NCBI GenBank assembly: GCA_041653635.1
Contig: JBAZFC010000001.1
Coordinates: 433,723-497,722 of the forward strand
DNA from: Candidatus Micrarchaeia archaeon
Lineage (GTDB): Archaea > Micrarchaeota > Micrarchaeia > Anstonellales > Bilamarchaeaceae
Length of the DNA stretch: 64,000 nt
Direction: 5' to 3'
This document shows, one piece after another, positions 25,670-37,987 of this stretch (the first letter of the stretch is position 1; each line of letters opens with the position of its first letter). Under the pieces are notes generated by a model that was not told the DNA's origin, did not search any database, and saw only the letters and a program-made list of their open reading frames with translations. The position numbers and the translations under genes were made by a program.

Positions 25670-27247
25670 ATGCGTTATGTATGTGATACAAGCGTAATCA
25701 TAGACGGAAGGATTCTGGAACTCGTTGAAAAGGGCGAGGTGAAAGGAGAGATAGTCATACACGAGGCGTCCATCGCGGAGATGGAGAACCAGTCCAACAT
25801 GAAGAAGGAAACGGGCTACGCCGGCTTCGCGGTGCTGAGGAAACTCCGCGAAATGGAGAAGGCGCACGGCATCACAGTGCTGATAAAGGGCGAGAGGCCC
25901 ACCCCGGACGAGATAAGGGGCGCAAAACGAACTGGGCAAATAGATTTCATGGTGCGCAGGCTGGCGAAGGCAGAAGGCGCAACGCTGATTACGGGCGACA
26001 CGGTCCAGCACAATGCCGCGGAGGCAGAGGGGATAAAGACAATCTACCTGCGCGCGCACGAACTGAAGGGAAAGCTTAGCTTTGAGCATTACTTTGATGC
26101 GAAGACGATGTCACTCCACCTGAAGGAGGGATGCAAGCCCGTGCTGAAAAAGGGCGGCCCCGCGCGTGTGGAGATAGTTGAGGTGCCGGAGATAATCACC
26201 GAGGACCAGATAAGGAAGCTGGGAGAGGAGATAGTTGAGGCGACCGGAAGGAACATCACTTATTATTTTGAGATAGACCGCGTGGGCGCGAGCGTCATAC
26301 AGATGGGGGAATATAGAATAGTCATTGCGAAGCCGCCCTTCTCCGATGGGTTTGAGATTACGATAGTCCGCCCCATAAAGAAGAACACGATGGCGGATTA
26401 TGAGGTAAGCGAAAAGCTGAAGGCGAGGATTGACCAGCAGGCGGAGGGAATAATCGTGTGCGGGCCGCCCGGCTCTGGCAAATCCACGTTCGCCGCGGCG
26501 CTCGCGGAATATTACCATTCCAAGAAATATGTGGTCAAGACTATGGAATCGCCCAGGGACATGCGCGTGATTCAGGAAATCACCCAATACACCGCGTTGG
26601 AAGGTGATTTTGAGTATACAAAAGAGATACTCCTGCTCGTCCGCCCGGACTACACATTCTATGATGAGATGAGGAAGAGCAAGGACTTCAACATCTACAC
26701 TGACATGCGCTTAACAGGCATAGGATTGGTCGGGGTGGTGCACGGGCGAAAAGCGATAGACGCAATCCAGCGCTTCATAGGGAAAGTGGATTTGGGCGTA
26801 ATCCCGCAGGTTGTTGACACGGTCATAATGATTGACGGCGGGCAGATAACCCAGGTCTATGAGCTGAGCCACACCGTGAAGGTTCCCGCGGGGATGAGGG
26901 AGCAGGATTTGGCGCGCCCCGTAATAGAAGTAAAGGATTTTGAAACAGGGGAGCCGGAATACGAGATTTACAAGTTCGGAGAAGAAACAGTGGTCCTTCC
27001 GCTTGGAGAGGCAATGGCACGCGGGCGGGGAAGAGGGCGAGGCGGGGAACGTGGCAGGGAAGGCGGCGGCCAGTTTGAGCGCGCACTCTCCAGGCTAATG
27101 CAGAATGAATTCAAGGTGGAGAAGGTGCAGGGCGGGTTCCTTGTGCGCGCGAAGCCGAATGACATTACATATCTATTCAAGCAGGGGCGGAAAAAATTGC
27201 GCAAGCTTGAGAACCGGTACGGCAAGATAGAGGTGCGGGAGCTTTGA
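25670..27247 (+). CDS. PIN-domain ATPase (PINA/MJ1533 family)
   Basis: N-terminal PIN DTSVIIDG, GPPGSGKST, ESPRD, DEMRK, VVHG, DLARPVIEV. Confidence 0.9.
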   Translation: MRYVCDTSVIIDGRILELVEKGEVKGEIVIHEASIAEMENQSNMKKETGYAGFAVLRKLREMEKAHGITVLIKGERPTPDEIRGAKRTGQIDFMVRRLAKAEGATLITGDTVQHNAAEAEGIKTIYLRAHELKGKLSFEHYFDAKTMSLHLKEGCKPVLKKGGPARVEIVEVPEIITEDQIRKLGEEIVEATGRNITYYFEIDRVGASVIQMGEYRIVIAKPPFSDGFEITIVRPIKKNTMADYEVSEKLKARIDQQAEGIIVCGPPGSGKSTFAAALAEYYHSKKYVVKTMESPRDMRVIQEITQYTALEGDFEYTKEILLLVRPDYTFYDEMRKSKDFNIYTDMRLTGIGLVGVVHGRKAIDAIQRFIGKVDLGVIPQVVDTVIMIDGGQITQVYELSHTVKVPAGMREQDLARPVIEVKDFETGEPEYEIYKFGEETVVLPLGEAMARGRGRGRGGERGREGGGQFERALSRLMQNEFKVEKVQGGFLVRAKPNDITYLFKQGRKKLRKLENRYGKIEVREL

Positions 27248-27831
27248 AGAAGATAATCTCGCTGCATGATGATTACCAGCTTGCGCTGGAGAGCGCCACG
27301 AAGGCGGTGCTGGACGGCAAGGTCTTCATCTACCCCACGGACACGGTCTATGGGATTGGGGGGAACGCGCTTGACGAGGAGGTTTGCGAGCGCATAAGGG
27401 AGATAAAGAAGAGGGACGTGAAGCCCTTCTCCATAATAGTCTCGGATTTCTCCATGCTCAGGAAATACTGCGAGGTCCCCGAGGACAGGATGCGCTACCT
27501 TTTCCAGTATCTTCCCGGCCCCTACACATTCATCCTTGTGAAAAAGGCGGGCATCCTTGCCTGCCCGGGGGGGAGGATAGGCGTCCGCGTGCCCATGCAC
27601 TCGTTCATAAGGAAGGTCGCAGGCGACACCGGGCTCCCCATACTCGGGACGAGCGCGAACATCTCCGGCAAGGGGCCGGCCTTCTCATTCAAGAAGATAA
27701 GCAAGGCACTAATCAAGCAGGTTGACCTGGCCATAGACGGCGGGGACACTTATTACAAGCAGGAATCCACGGTCGTGGACTTGGTGGATATGGAGATAAA
27801 GAGGGAGGGCGCAGGCAAATTCCATCTTTAG
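27244..27831 (+). CDS. tsaC: L-threonylcarbamoyladenylate synthase (TsaC/YrdC domain only)
   Basis: YPTDTVYGIG, IKKR, PGPYT, TSANISG, STVVD. Confidence 0.9.
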   Translation: MKKIISLHDDYQLALESATKAVLDGKVFIYPTDTVYGIGGNALDEEVCERIREIKKRDVKPFSIIVSDFSMLRKYCEVPEDRMRYLFQYLPGPYTFILVKKAGILACPGGRIGVRVPMHSFIRKVAGDTGLPILGTSANISGKGPAFSFKKISKALIKQVDLAIDGGDTYYKQESTVVDLVDMEIKREGAGKFHL

Positions 27832-27885
27832 CTCCGAACGCGCGCGAAGGAAAAGGTATTTAAGCACTCACCGGGAAAAATAGGC

Positions 27886-28200
27886 ATGGCAGGACCGGTG
27901 CAAAAGCAGGCGAGCAAGGACCTCAGCCTGTTCGCTGTCCCCAAGCCCCTCAAGAAGCAGGAGGAAGAGGCGGCAAAGGCGCACGAGCTGCAGTTGGAGA
28001 CCGTGCGGACCACGAACGCCATACTTGACCTCGCAAGGAAGCACGAGAGGGACCTGCCGAGGATAGACGAGGACAATTTTTCAATCAACACGTCCAGCAA
28101 GAACGCGACGATTATACAGAGCGCCGGAGCGATAGTCTCGGTGGACAGCAAGGGGCCGATTTCGGTCTACTGGGCCGGAAGGAAAGTCACTGTGGGCTGA
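27886..28200 (+). CDS. hypothetical protein
   Basis: TATTTAAG promoter-like element upstream; typical codon usage. Confidence 0.6.
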   Translation: MAGPVQKQASKDLSLFAVPKPLKKQEEEAAKAHELQLETVRTTNAILDLARKHERDLPRIDEDNFSINTSSKNATIIQSAGAIVSVDSKGPISVYWAGRKVTVG

Positions 28201-28204
28201 TCTT

Positions 28205-28585
28205 ATGCGTGCAATGAAAGAGAAGGAAGAGGAGGTTCCCCGGCTCAGCTACGTTCCGGTCGTGAGCGTCGCGCTGCAGGATGCGGAGATGGCCGCCTTC
28301 AACGTCATGAACGACGCGTGGAGGAACATATTCGCGGGGAAGGTCACGGATTCCAGGATTGGAGACCTCGCAACCAGGCCGGACAGGTTTGAGGGCTGCT
28401 CGGTGAAATACGCAAAGATGGGCGATGCGGACATATACAGCGTGGAGGCGTCGCTCAACCGCGTGAAGAGGATACTTACGCTCAAGGTAAGCGACAGCTC
28501 AACGGAAATGATGCTTTCCACTCCGGATGGAAAGGAAGTGGAATACATAAAAGAGTCTGGCGGCGAAATCGTTGTGAGGCGCTAG
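28205..28585 (+). CDS. hypothetical protein
   Basis: Operonic with the previous ORF; typical codon usage. Confidence 0.6.
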   Translation: MRAMKEKEEEVPRLSYVPVVSVALQDAEMAAFNVMNDAWRNIFAGKVTDSRIGDLATRPDRFEGCSVKYAKMGDADIYSVEASLNRVKRILTLKVSDSSTEMMLSTPDGKEVEYIKESGGEIVVRR

Positions 28586-29295
28586 TCCCGTTTCCACTGG
28601 CTCCAGTCCGGGCGCTTCTCTTCTTCCCCCTTTTTCTCCTTCTCTTTCTTCTCCGGCGCTTCCTTCCTCACGACCGGGGCGTTTTCCTTCTTCTGCTCTT
28701 TCTTCTCCTGTTTTATGGGAAGCGCATGCCCCTCTTTTTTCTCAGGGACCTTTGACGGCACAGCGGTCTTGGCAGGAACGCCCTCTTTTCCCTTTTTCTT
28801 TATGGGGACGACCTCGGCGGTGGAGATGACCGTTTCTTTCTCCTCTTCCTTTTCTCCGGTGAGCATGCGGATGAGCTTGTGGATTATCCCCCGCCTCCTG
28901 CTCCTTTCCCCCCTCAATTGCACGCGTATCGCCCCTCCCGCGGGGCCTGCACCCGAATAATCAGTGGTGTCCTCCTCCTCAAGGCAGTACCAGCAGAGGT
29001 TCCTGTTGTTGAAGCGGTAGAGTATCTTCGTCTCCCTGCCGCAGCGCTCGCACCTTCCCGGCTTCTCGTACATCTCGGCTTCGGCGCCTTCTTCCTCCTT
29101 TTTCCTTTCCGGGGCGCGCTCCTCCTCGCGCTCGGCGTCCATCCTGCAATTGGGGCATATCCATTGGCCGCGCCACTGCTGCATCTCATTTTTCGGAATA
29201 TACATCCTGCAGCGCCAGCACTGCATGTTCTGCTCCCTGAAAGAGCATTCGGGGCATAGGTCAAAGCCCTCACGGCCGCATACACGGCAATGCAT
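28582..29295 (-). CDS. multi-Zn-finger protein with charged tail
   Basis: Six CxxC pairs; Lys/Glu-rich C-terminus ending PDWSQWKRD. Confidence 0.75.
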   Translation of the reverse strand: MHCRVCGREGFDLCPECSFREQNMQCWRCRMYIPKNEMQQWRGQWICPNCRMDAEREEERAPERKKEEEGAEAEMYEKPGRCERCGRETKILYRFNNRNLCWYCLEEEDTTDYSGAGPAGGAIRVQLRGERSRRRGIIHKLIRMLTGEKEEEKETVISTAEVVPIKKKGKEGVPAKTAVPSKVPEKKEGHALPIKQEKKEQKKENAPVVRKEAPEKKEKEKKGEEEKRPDWSQWKRD

Positions 29296-29374
29296 GACCG
29301 TATGTTAGAGAGGATGGTGTTATATTTTTTCGTTTTGTAACCATGGTTACAAATAAGCAATATTGCACTAGAAT

Positions 29375-29543
29375 AATACTTCAGAGCTCCAGGTACTCAT
29401 CAGCAGGCATCCCCCCTATCTGTAGTCCAGGAGCCGAAGCTCCGGAAGAAACCCAGGGCATACCAGCCGGACTGTGAGCCCCGAGAGTCTTTTGCAGGGA
29501 GGGAAGCCCTCAGCAAACCTGCATCTCTTCATCAGCCCGTATT
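29375..29543 (-). ncRNA. box C/D guide sRNA (predicted tRNA-Trp C34/C39 guide) with large D'-C' insert
   Basis: Box C CTGATGA 29529..29535, D' CTGA 29510..29513, C' CTGATGA 29397..29403, D CTGA 29381..29384; terminal AATAC/GTATT stem; no ORF here. Confidence 0.8.
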
Positions 29544-29545
29544 TG

Positions 29546-30590
29546 TCAGAGAAGCCTTTTAAACTCATCAAAAAGGAAGCGGGCGTCGTGCGGCCCGGGG
29601 GACGCCTCCGGATGGTACTGCACCGAGAATATGGGCTTTGAGGAGTGCCTCATCCCCTCCACGGTCTTGTCGTTCAATTCCACCTGCGTCACCACGAACT
29701 CCTCCGGCACCCTCTCCACTGCGAACCCATGGTTCTGCGTGGTCATGAGCACCCGCTTCTTTTCCGAATCATAGACCGGATGGTTGGAGCCGCGGTGCCC
29801 GAACTTAAGTTTAGAGGTGCTCCCTCCGAACGCATGCGCGATGCACTGGTGCCCGAGGCAAATCCCGAACATCGGGAGCCCTGCCAACTCCCTTATGGCT
29901 GAATGTACATTGGTGAGAATTGCCGGGTCCCCTGGCCCGTTGGAAATCAATATCCCATCCGGCTCAAATGCAAGGATATCCTTTGCCGTGGTATTCCACG
30001 GCACGGAAACAACCCCTATTCCCAGTTTGTTCAGCTCCTTCACGATGCTCCTCTTCACTCCCAAATCCAGCAGCACCACCGTCTTCTCCGCATTCTCCGG
30101 AACAAACTTCTCCACTCCCTTTGACGACGCCTTCTCCACGAAATTCACGGACGAATAATCAAAGGACGCATCCCCTCCCTTCTCCGCGCCCTCAAAAACC
30201 TCCACCGAGCACGGAAGCACCCCATGCGTCCTTATCTTCTTCACCAGCGCCCTCGTATCCACGCCGCAAATCCCGGGCACCCCATATTTTGAAAGGAAGG
30301 AGTCCAAATCCCGCGCCCCCTCCCTGTGGAAGAAATCCCCGCTCGCCTCCCTGACCACAAATCCTTCCGCCCAAATCCGCGGGCTCTCAAAATCCAGATT
30401 GTTTATCCCATAATTCCCGATGAGCGGATAGCTCATCGTCAATACCTGCCCGGCATAGCTCGGGTCTGTCAATGCCTCCTGGTAGCCCTGCATGGACGTG
30501 TTGAACACGAGCTCCCCCACGTGCCGCACCGAGGCCCCGAACCCCTCGCCGAAAAACGCGCTCCCGTCCGCGAGCCGCAGCACCGCCTTC

Positions 30591-30601
<11 letters not shown>
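29546..30601 (-). CDS. carA: carbamoyl-phosphate synthase small subunit
   Basis: GELVFNT, TDPSYAGQ, SNGPGDP, GICLGHQ, QYHPE. Confidence 0.96.
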
Positions 30602-33740
<3,139 letters not shown>

Positions 33741-33781
33741 TGGCCCACCAACAATTAGATGCTTACAATGAGCGTTAAAGT

Positions 33782-34243
33782 TTATAATAGTTTAAGCATC
33801 CCGTCCCCCGCCAGATGCGAGAGATAGCCCAGCAGCGCCGCAACCCCGAATATCCAATTGGAAAAGAACCAAATCGCAACCCCATACGCCCCTGCAAGCA
33901 ATAATGTGTGGGTAATCCCCCTGTGCCTCGGCTTCAGGTACGTAATGAAAATCATGTACAGCCCCGTAATCGCCAGCGTATTAATCAGAATGGAATGCCA
34001 GTTGTCCACCCCGCACGTAATTCCGTTGCAGGCAGCCGTATAAGAAAACAAGAATGCACAAATCGGTATGCTCAAGTCCGCATAACCCCTAATCTTGCTG
34101 GAGTCATGGTCAATGTCCGGCACGAGCGCAGAGAATGCAGCCACAAACACGATGGAAGCAAACAGGAAAACATCCGCCCCAACAAGGAGCGCAAACGCAG
34201 CCCCAAAAACAATCCCAAGCAGGACATGCCCAGCCCAATTCAT
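33782..34243 (-). CDS. membrane-bound metal-dependent hydrolase (YdjM-like)
   Basis: N-terminal His, PDIDH, HRGITH, SHLAGD. Confidence 0.85.
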   Translation of the reverse strand: MNWAGHVLLGIVFGAAFALLVGADVFLFASIVFVAAFSALVPDIDHDSSKIRGYADLSIPICAFLFSYTAACNGITCGVDNWHSILINTLAITGLYMIFITYLKPRHRGITHTLLLAGAYGVAIWFFSNWIFGVAALLGYLSHLAGDGMLKLL

Positions 34244-35127
34244 AGCTTAACCCCATACTTCTCAAACACCACTTCCTTCTTGTGCCTGTACGAAATGGAA
34301 TCAAACGCAATTGACAATACAATCAACCTATTCAGTATAGCATCCAGCTCCTGCTCCTTTATCTCCTTCCCGGTCCTCTCCAGCACAATCCCCGCATCCG
34401 TCGCCTTGAACGCAAAATGAGCCGCGGAATTCCTGTACAGCCCGTCCCAGAGCGAAACAAACTCGCCCACGAGCCCGTCGTTCACCCACACGCCCTTCAC
34501 CTTGCTTATGAACATCCCCACGGTATCATCTTTCCCCGCCTTTGAGAAATCCGGCGAAGTCAGGAGCAGCATCTTGTGCCTCATGAAAAGGTACTCATAA
34601 AAATCATTGTACAGCTTGAATTTGAGGTACATCCTCACCTTCGGGCTCACGTCCTCCCTCCCGGCGAGCGTGCGCACCCTCATCAAAAGGTCTATTTTCT
34701 CCGATGAATCCGCAACGTATGAATCCAGTACATTCACCACTTCCTCCTTCACCTGGAAAGGGACCCCGGTAAAGGATTTGGAGAACAGCCACGCATACAT
34801 CTCCTTGTACCTTCCATACTCCTCAAGAGAAGACAGCTTATGCCCGCCCACCACCATCTCCTCGCTCAAATCCTCGGCCTGGTCAAAATGCGCGAACGCC
34901 ATCTTCAATTTCCCGGCCTCGGATTCCGGCAGCGGCTCGGCAAACCGTATAGACGCAAGGATGGAATCCCCCTGCGATATGTGCATCGCCATCTCCTTCC
35001 TCAATTCCATCTCATCCTGGCTTATCCTGGGCATTCCCTTCACCTCAAATGAGCCCGCCCGGAATCGGACCGGGTTCTCCAGCGTGTAAGGCTGGCGTCT
35101 TAGCCAGTGGACCACGGGCTCTGGCAA
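34240..35127 (-). CDS. hypothetical protein
   Basis: Long ORF co-oriented in the operon, 4-nt overlap with the downstream gene; start uncertain. Confidence 0.6.
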   Translation of the reverse strand: MPEPVVHWLRRQPYTLENPVRFRAGSFEVKGMPRISQDEMELRKEMAMHISQGDSILASIRFAEPLPESEAGKLKMAFAHFDQAEDLSEEMVVGGHKLSSLEEYGRYKEMYAWLFSKSFTGVPFQVKEEVVNVLDSYVADSSEKIDLLMRVRTLAGREDVSPKVRMYLKFKLYNDFYEYLFMRHKMLLLTSPDFSKAGKDDTVGMFISKVKGVWVNDGLVGEFVSLWDGLYRNSAAHFAFKATDAGIVLERTGKEIKEQELDAILNRLIVLSIAFDSISYRHKKEVVFEKYGVKL

Positions 35128-35166
35128 AGATAAGTATACTATTTACCTAAAAGTTAAAAATAAGGT

Positions 35167-35724
35167 CTAGTACGGCCTCTTGAGCTGCGGCTTCACGAAC
35201 AGGTAATATCTTTCCTTGCCCTCCATCTCCGAGATTATCCTGTGCACGAAAATGGCCGCCGGGTCCCCCAAAGTGGAAACCCTCGCCTTGAGATCCGCGA
35301 AGTTCTCAAACGGCTTCTTGTCCCTCTCCTTGAGTATGAGCTCCATGTTCTTTTTTCCTATTCCCGGAATCAAATCCAGCTGGTGCACCCTCATGGAGAT
35401 GGGCCCGGCCTTGTTTATGAAATTCACGAACACCGCCTCGCGGGATTCCACTATCTTCCTCACCACATTCGGCACTATGTCCTTCGCCCCGGTGGTCAGT
35501 TCGGTATACTCTATCCTCCCCTTTATCCTGTCCACTTCCGTGCGGTCGCCCTTCCCCACGAATATCTTGGCGCCCACGGTGATGTTCGCGTCCGGCTTCG
35601 CCGTCGCCTCAAGCAGGGTGAAGAACTGGTCCCCCACGAGCTGGACGATAGGCTCCTGCCTGAGCCCGACCGCCCTTCCCCGGGAGAGGTATTCAACAAC
35701 CCATGCGTAATCTTCCATAGCCAT
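35167..35724 (-). CDS. DUF655 family putative RNA-binding protein
   Basis: FFTLLE, HQLDLIPGIGKK HhH; conserved rpl21e-rpoF-DUF655 gene order. Confidence 0.9.
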   Translation of the reverse strand: MAMEDYAWVVEYLSRGRAVGLRQEPIVQLVGDQFFTLLEATAKPDANITVGAKIFVGKGDRTEVDRIKGRIEYTELTTGAKDIVPNVVRKIVESREAVFVNFINKAGPISMRVHQLDLIPGIGKKNMELILKERDKKPFENFADLKARVSTLGDPAAIFVHRIISEMEGKERYYLFVKPQLKRPY

Positions 35725-36047
35725 TACCCAAGTGCCCTAAGCACGTCCTTCATTTCCTCTTCGCTTATGTCTATCTTGTTCTTCAGCAGCACCGCCTTGA
35801 GCGCCGCCTCGCTGCCAGGCATGATATCAACAATCTTGACCGCCGTCTCCTCGTCAATCTTCGGGCTCGCCGCCTTCACCTTCTTCAGCATGCCCTCCGA
35901 CTTCTTCCTGTCCGTCTTCGCGAAGAGTGTCGCATGCTCCAGCGCGTTCGCCTGTTCGTACCCCAGCTCCTCACCCGCGTCCTTCCTTGCCTGCAGCACT
36001 TCCAGCACGTCCGCCATCGGCACGGGCCTGGAATTGGTTATCTTCAT
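35724..36047 (-). CDS. rpo4: RNA polymerase subunit Rpo4 (RpoF)
   Basis: ELGYEQ..ALEHA..F, AVKIVDIMP; gene order. Confidence 0.9.
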   Translation of the reverse strand: MKITNSRPVPMADVLEVLQARKDAGEELGYEQANALEHATLFAKTDRKKSEGMLKKVKAASPKIDEETAVKIVDIMPGSEAALKAVLLKNKIDISEEEMKDVLRALG

Positions 36048-36319
36048 TGCATCCCCCTCAGGTGCACAGGTGAGGCGATGAGCCTCTTCCTGGCGTTCAT
36101 GTCCCTTATCTCAACCACGTACGCCTTGCCCCTCTTCTCAACTATGGTCCCATGCCTTCCGTCATAACGCGGAGCAGGGAAGCCCGAGAAGCAGGGCTGC
36201 AGGGATATGACTACCCTGTCCCCTTTCTTGAAGGTCTTAACACGGTCCCCGACCGTGAGCTTCTTGCTCTTCTTGAACCTCTTGGTCCTCCTGACCATTA
36301 TTCCCTTTGAGTTCTTCAA
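36044..36319 (-). CDS. rpl21e: 50S ribosomal protein eL21
   Basis: FKKGDRV, P.PRYDGRHGTI, LIASPVHL. Confidence 0.93.
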   Translation of the reverse strand: MKNSKGIMVRRTKRFKKSKKLTVGDRVKTFKKGDRVVISLQPCFSGFPAPRYDGRHGTIVEKRGKAYVVEIRDMNARKRLIASPVHLRGMQ

Positions 36320-36453
36320 TTTTCACACCCTGTTTCCATTATTTCCGATTTCGGATTTTTAAATCTGCCACTGTTGGGTATGCAGAATCCGTGCTAATTT
36401 ATTTCTGCACCCCTTTATAAATGTTGCTGCCGGATATTTAAATAGGTGATTCT

Positions 36454-37029
36454 TTGTCTCCGAAGCTTAAGGGGATTGACTATACAATTACCAACATCGT
36501 GGCATCTTCCAACCTCGGCCTCGAGCTGGACCTTTTCCTCATAGCGACCAAAATCCCGCAGGTTGAGTACGAGCCCGAGCAGTTCCCGGGCGCCATCCTG
36601 AAGTTCGACGACCCGAAGGCCACCATTCTCCTGTTCAAGAACGGGAAGATAGTCTGCGTCGGGTGCAAGAGCGAGGCGAAGATAGCGGAGACCATCGCAA
36701 AGACGGTGAAGCTCCTCACGCCCTACGCCAAGAAGATAATAAAGAAGACCAAGAGGCCCGAGTTTGAGATAACGAACATCGTCGCATCCGCGAACCTGGG
36801 CATGGGCCTGGACCTATACACTATTGCTTCCGAAGTTGAGAACGTGGAATACGAACCGGAACAATTTCCGGGCGCAATCCTCAAGTTCCGCGAGCCGAAG
36901 GCCTCGTTGCTGCTTTTCAAGAACGGGAAGGTCATCTGCGCGGGCTCCAAGGACGAGAAGAGCATAGAGGCGGCCCTCATGAAGGCGAAGAAAATCCTCA
37001 AGCCCTTCTCCACGGTGAATCCACGGTGA
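36454..37029 (+). CDS. tbp: TATA-box-binding protein
   Basis: Two repeats of NIVAS...EYEPEQFPGAI...LFKNGK. Confidence 0.97.
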   Translation: MSPKLKGIDYTITNIVASSNLGLELDLFLIATKIPQVEYEPEQFPGAILKFDDPKATILLFKNGKIVCVGCKSEAKIAETIAKTVKLLTPYAKKIIKKTKRPEFEITNIVASANLGMGLDLYTIASEVENVEYEPEQFPGAILKFREPKASLLLFKNGKVICAGSKDEKSIEAALMKAKKILKPFSTVNPR

Positions 37030-37037
37030 AAGGGACA

Positions 37038-37337
37038 ATGCCCACACAGAAGCAGGTAATGGGCAAGCTCAAGGAAGTGCTGGACCCCGAGATAGGCGTA
37101 AACATAGTGGATTTAGGGCTAATTTACGAAGTCAAGGTGGAAAAAGCACAGGTCAATATCAAAATGACCTTCACCACCCCCGCATGCCCCCTCCTCGGCT
37201 ACATAGTGAACAACGTCCAGTCAAAAGTCCGCGAACTCAAAGGCATCTCGGACGTGCAGGTACAATTCGTATGGGAGCCGCGCTGGACGCCTGAGCGGAT
37301 GAGCTCCGCCGCCAAAAAACAATTGGGATTGCAATGA
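37038..37337 (+). CDS. metal-sulfur cluster assembly factor (DUF59/SufT-like)
   Basis: DPEIGVNIVDLGLIY, TTPACP, WEPRWT. Confidence 0.9.
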   Translation: MPTQKQVMGKLKEVLDPEIGVNIVDLGLIYEVKVEKAQVNIKMTFTTPACPLLGYIVNNVQSKVRELKGISDVQVQFVWEPRWTPERMSSAAKKQLGLQ

Positions 37338-37642
37338 TGGTCGTCCTCACAACCCTGCCCTCGTATGCGCATGCCGAGCGGCTCGCCTCCTCCATAGTTG
37401 ATTCCCGCCTCGCCGCCTGCGCAAGCATCCTGCGCATAGAGCACTCCTATTACAGGTGGAAGGGCCGCACCGTCCGCGCCCCGGAAATCCTCCTCATCAT
37501 CAAAACCCGCAAATCCCTCTATGCCAAGGCAGAAGCGTTCATAAAGAAAAACCATCCCCACAAGTGCCCGGAGATAATCGCGCTCTCGCCTTCCAAGGTG
37601 AGCAAGGACTACAAAAAGTGGCTCTATTCAGAAACCGGATGA
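37334..37642 (+). CDS. cutA: divalent-cation tolerance protein CutA
   Basis: LAAC, SYYRWKG, HPHKCPEII. Confidence 0.9.
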   Translation: MMVVLTTLPSYAHAERLASSIVDSRLAACASILRIEHSYYRWKGRTVRAPEILLIIKTRKSLYAKAEAFIKKNHPHKCPEIIALSPSKVSKDYKKWLYSETG

Positions 37643-37683
37643 ATCCAGCTGGCTCTCCGGAATCAGCAGCGCAAATGGCGCAG

Positions 37684-37950
37684 CTATTCCCCCATTTTGC
37701 TCCAGATGAAAGCGAAAAGCCAGCCCACAACAGCGCCCATGATGAACGCGCCAACGATGCCCACGATAAAAGTGAGCACGTCAAACGGGAGCGCAGTCAG
37801 CGTCACCCCTGTGACGAAGTGGACCGAGTGCCACCATCCCATTATGCCGCCACCAGTCGCCGTTACCAGCACAACCCAAACAATGTGCAGCACGGCGAAC
37901 AGCAGCCCCAGCGAGATGGCCGCCCGCTTTCCGCTTATCTCCATCGCCAT
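37684..37950 (-). CDS. small two-TM membrane protein
   Basis: Two hydrophobic helices with an intervening H.VHF motif. Confidence 0.65.
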   Translation of the reverse strand: MAMEISGKRAAISLGLLFAVLHIVWVVLVTATGGGIMGWWHSVHFVTGVTLTALPFDVLTFIVGIVGAFIMGAVVGWLFAFIWSKMGE

Positions 37951-37987
37951 GCAGAGCACTCAAAAAGAAGGAATTTATGCCTTCCGC

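Noticed and set aside
27833..27855. TCCGAACGCG...AGGAAAA motif shared with about 59206
   Set aside because: Only two short occurrences; cannot be distinguished from chance without a genome-wide count
29375..29543. Hammerhead ribozyme suggested by two CUGAUGA motifs
   Set aside because: No correctly placed GAAA core after a stem II; each CUGAUGA is instead followed 12-15 nt later by CUGA, the box C/D pattern
29375..29543. RNase P RNA, SRP RNA or an intron-containing tRNA-Trp gene
   Set aside because: No GAGGAAAGUCC or SRP helix 8 motif, too short, and no tRNA exons flank the boxes
36454..37029. Internal nucleotide repeat in tbp
   Set aside because: Explained by the normal two-fold repeat of the TBP fold
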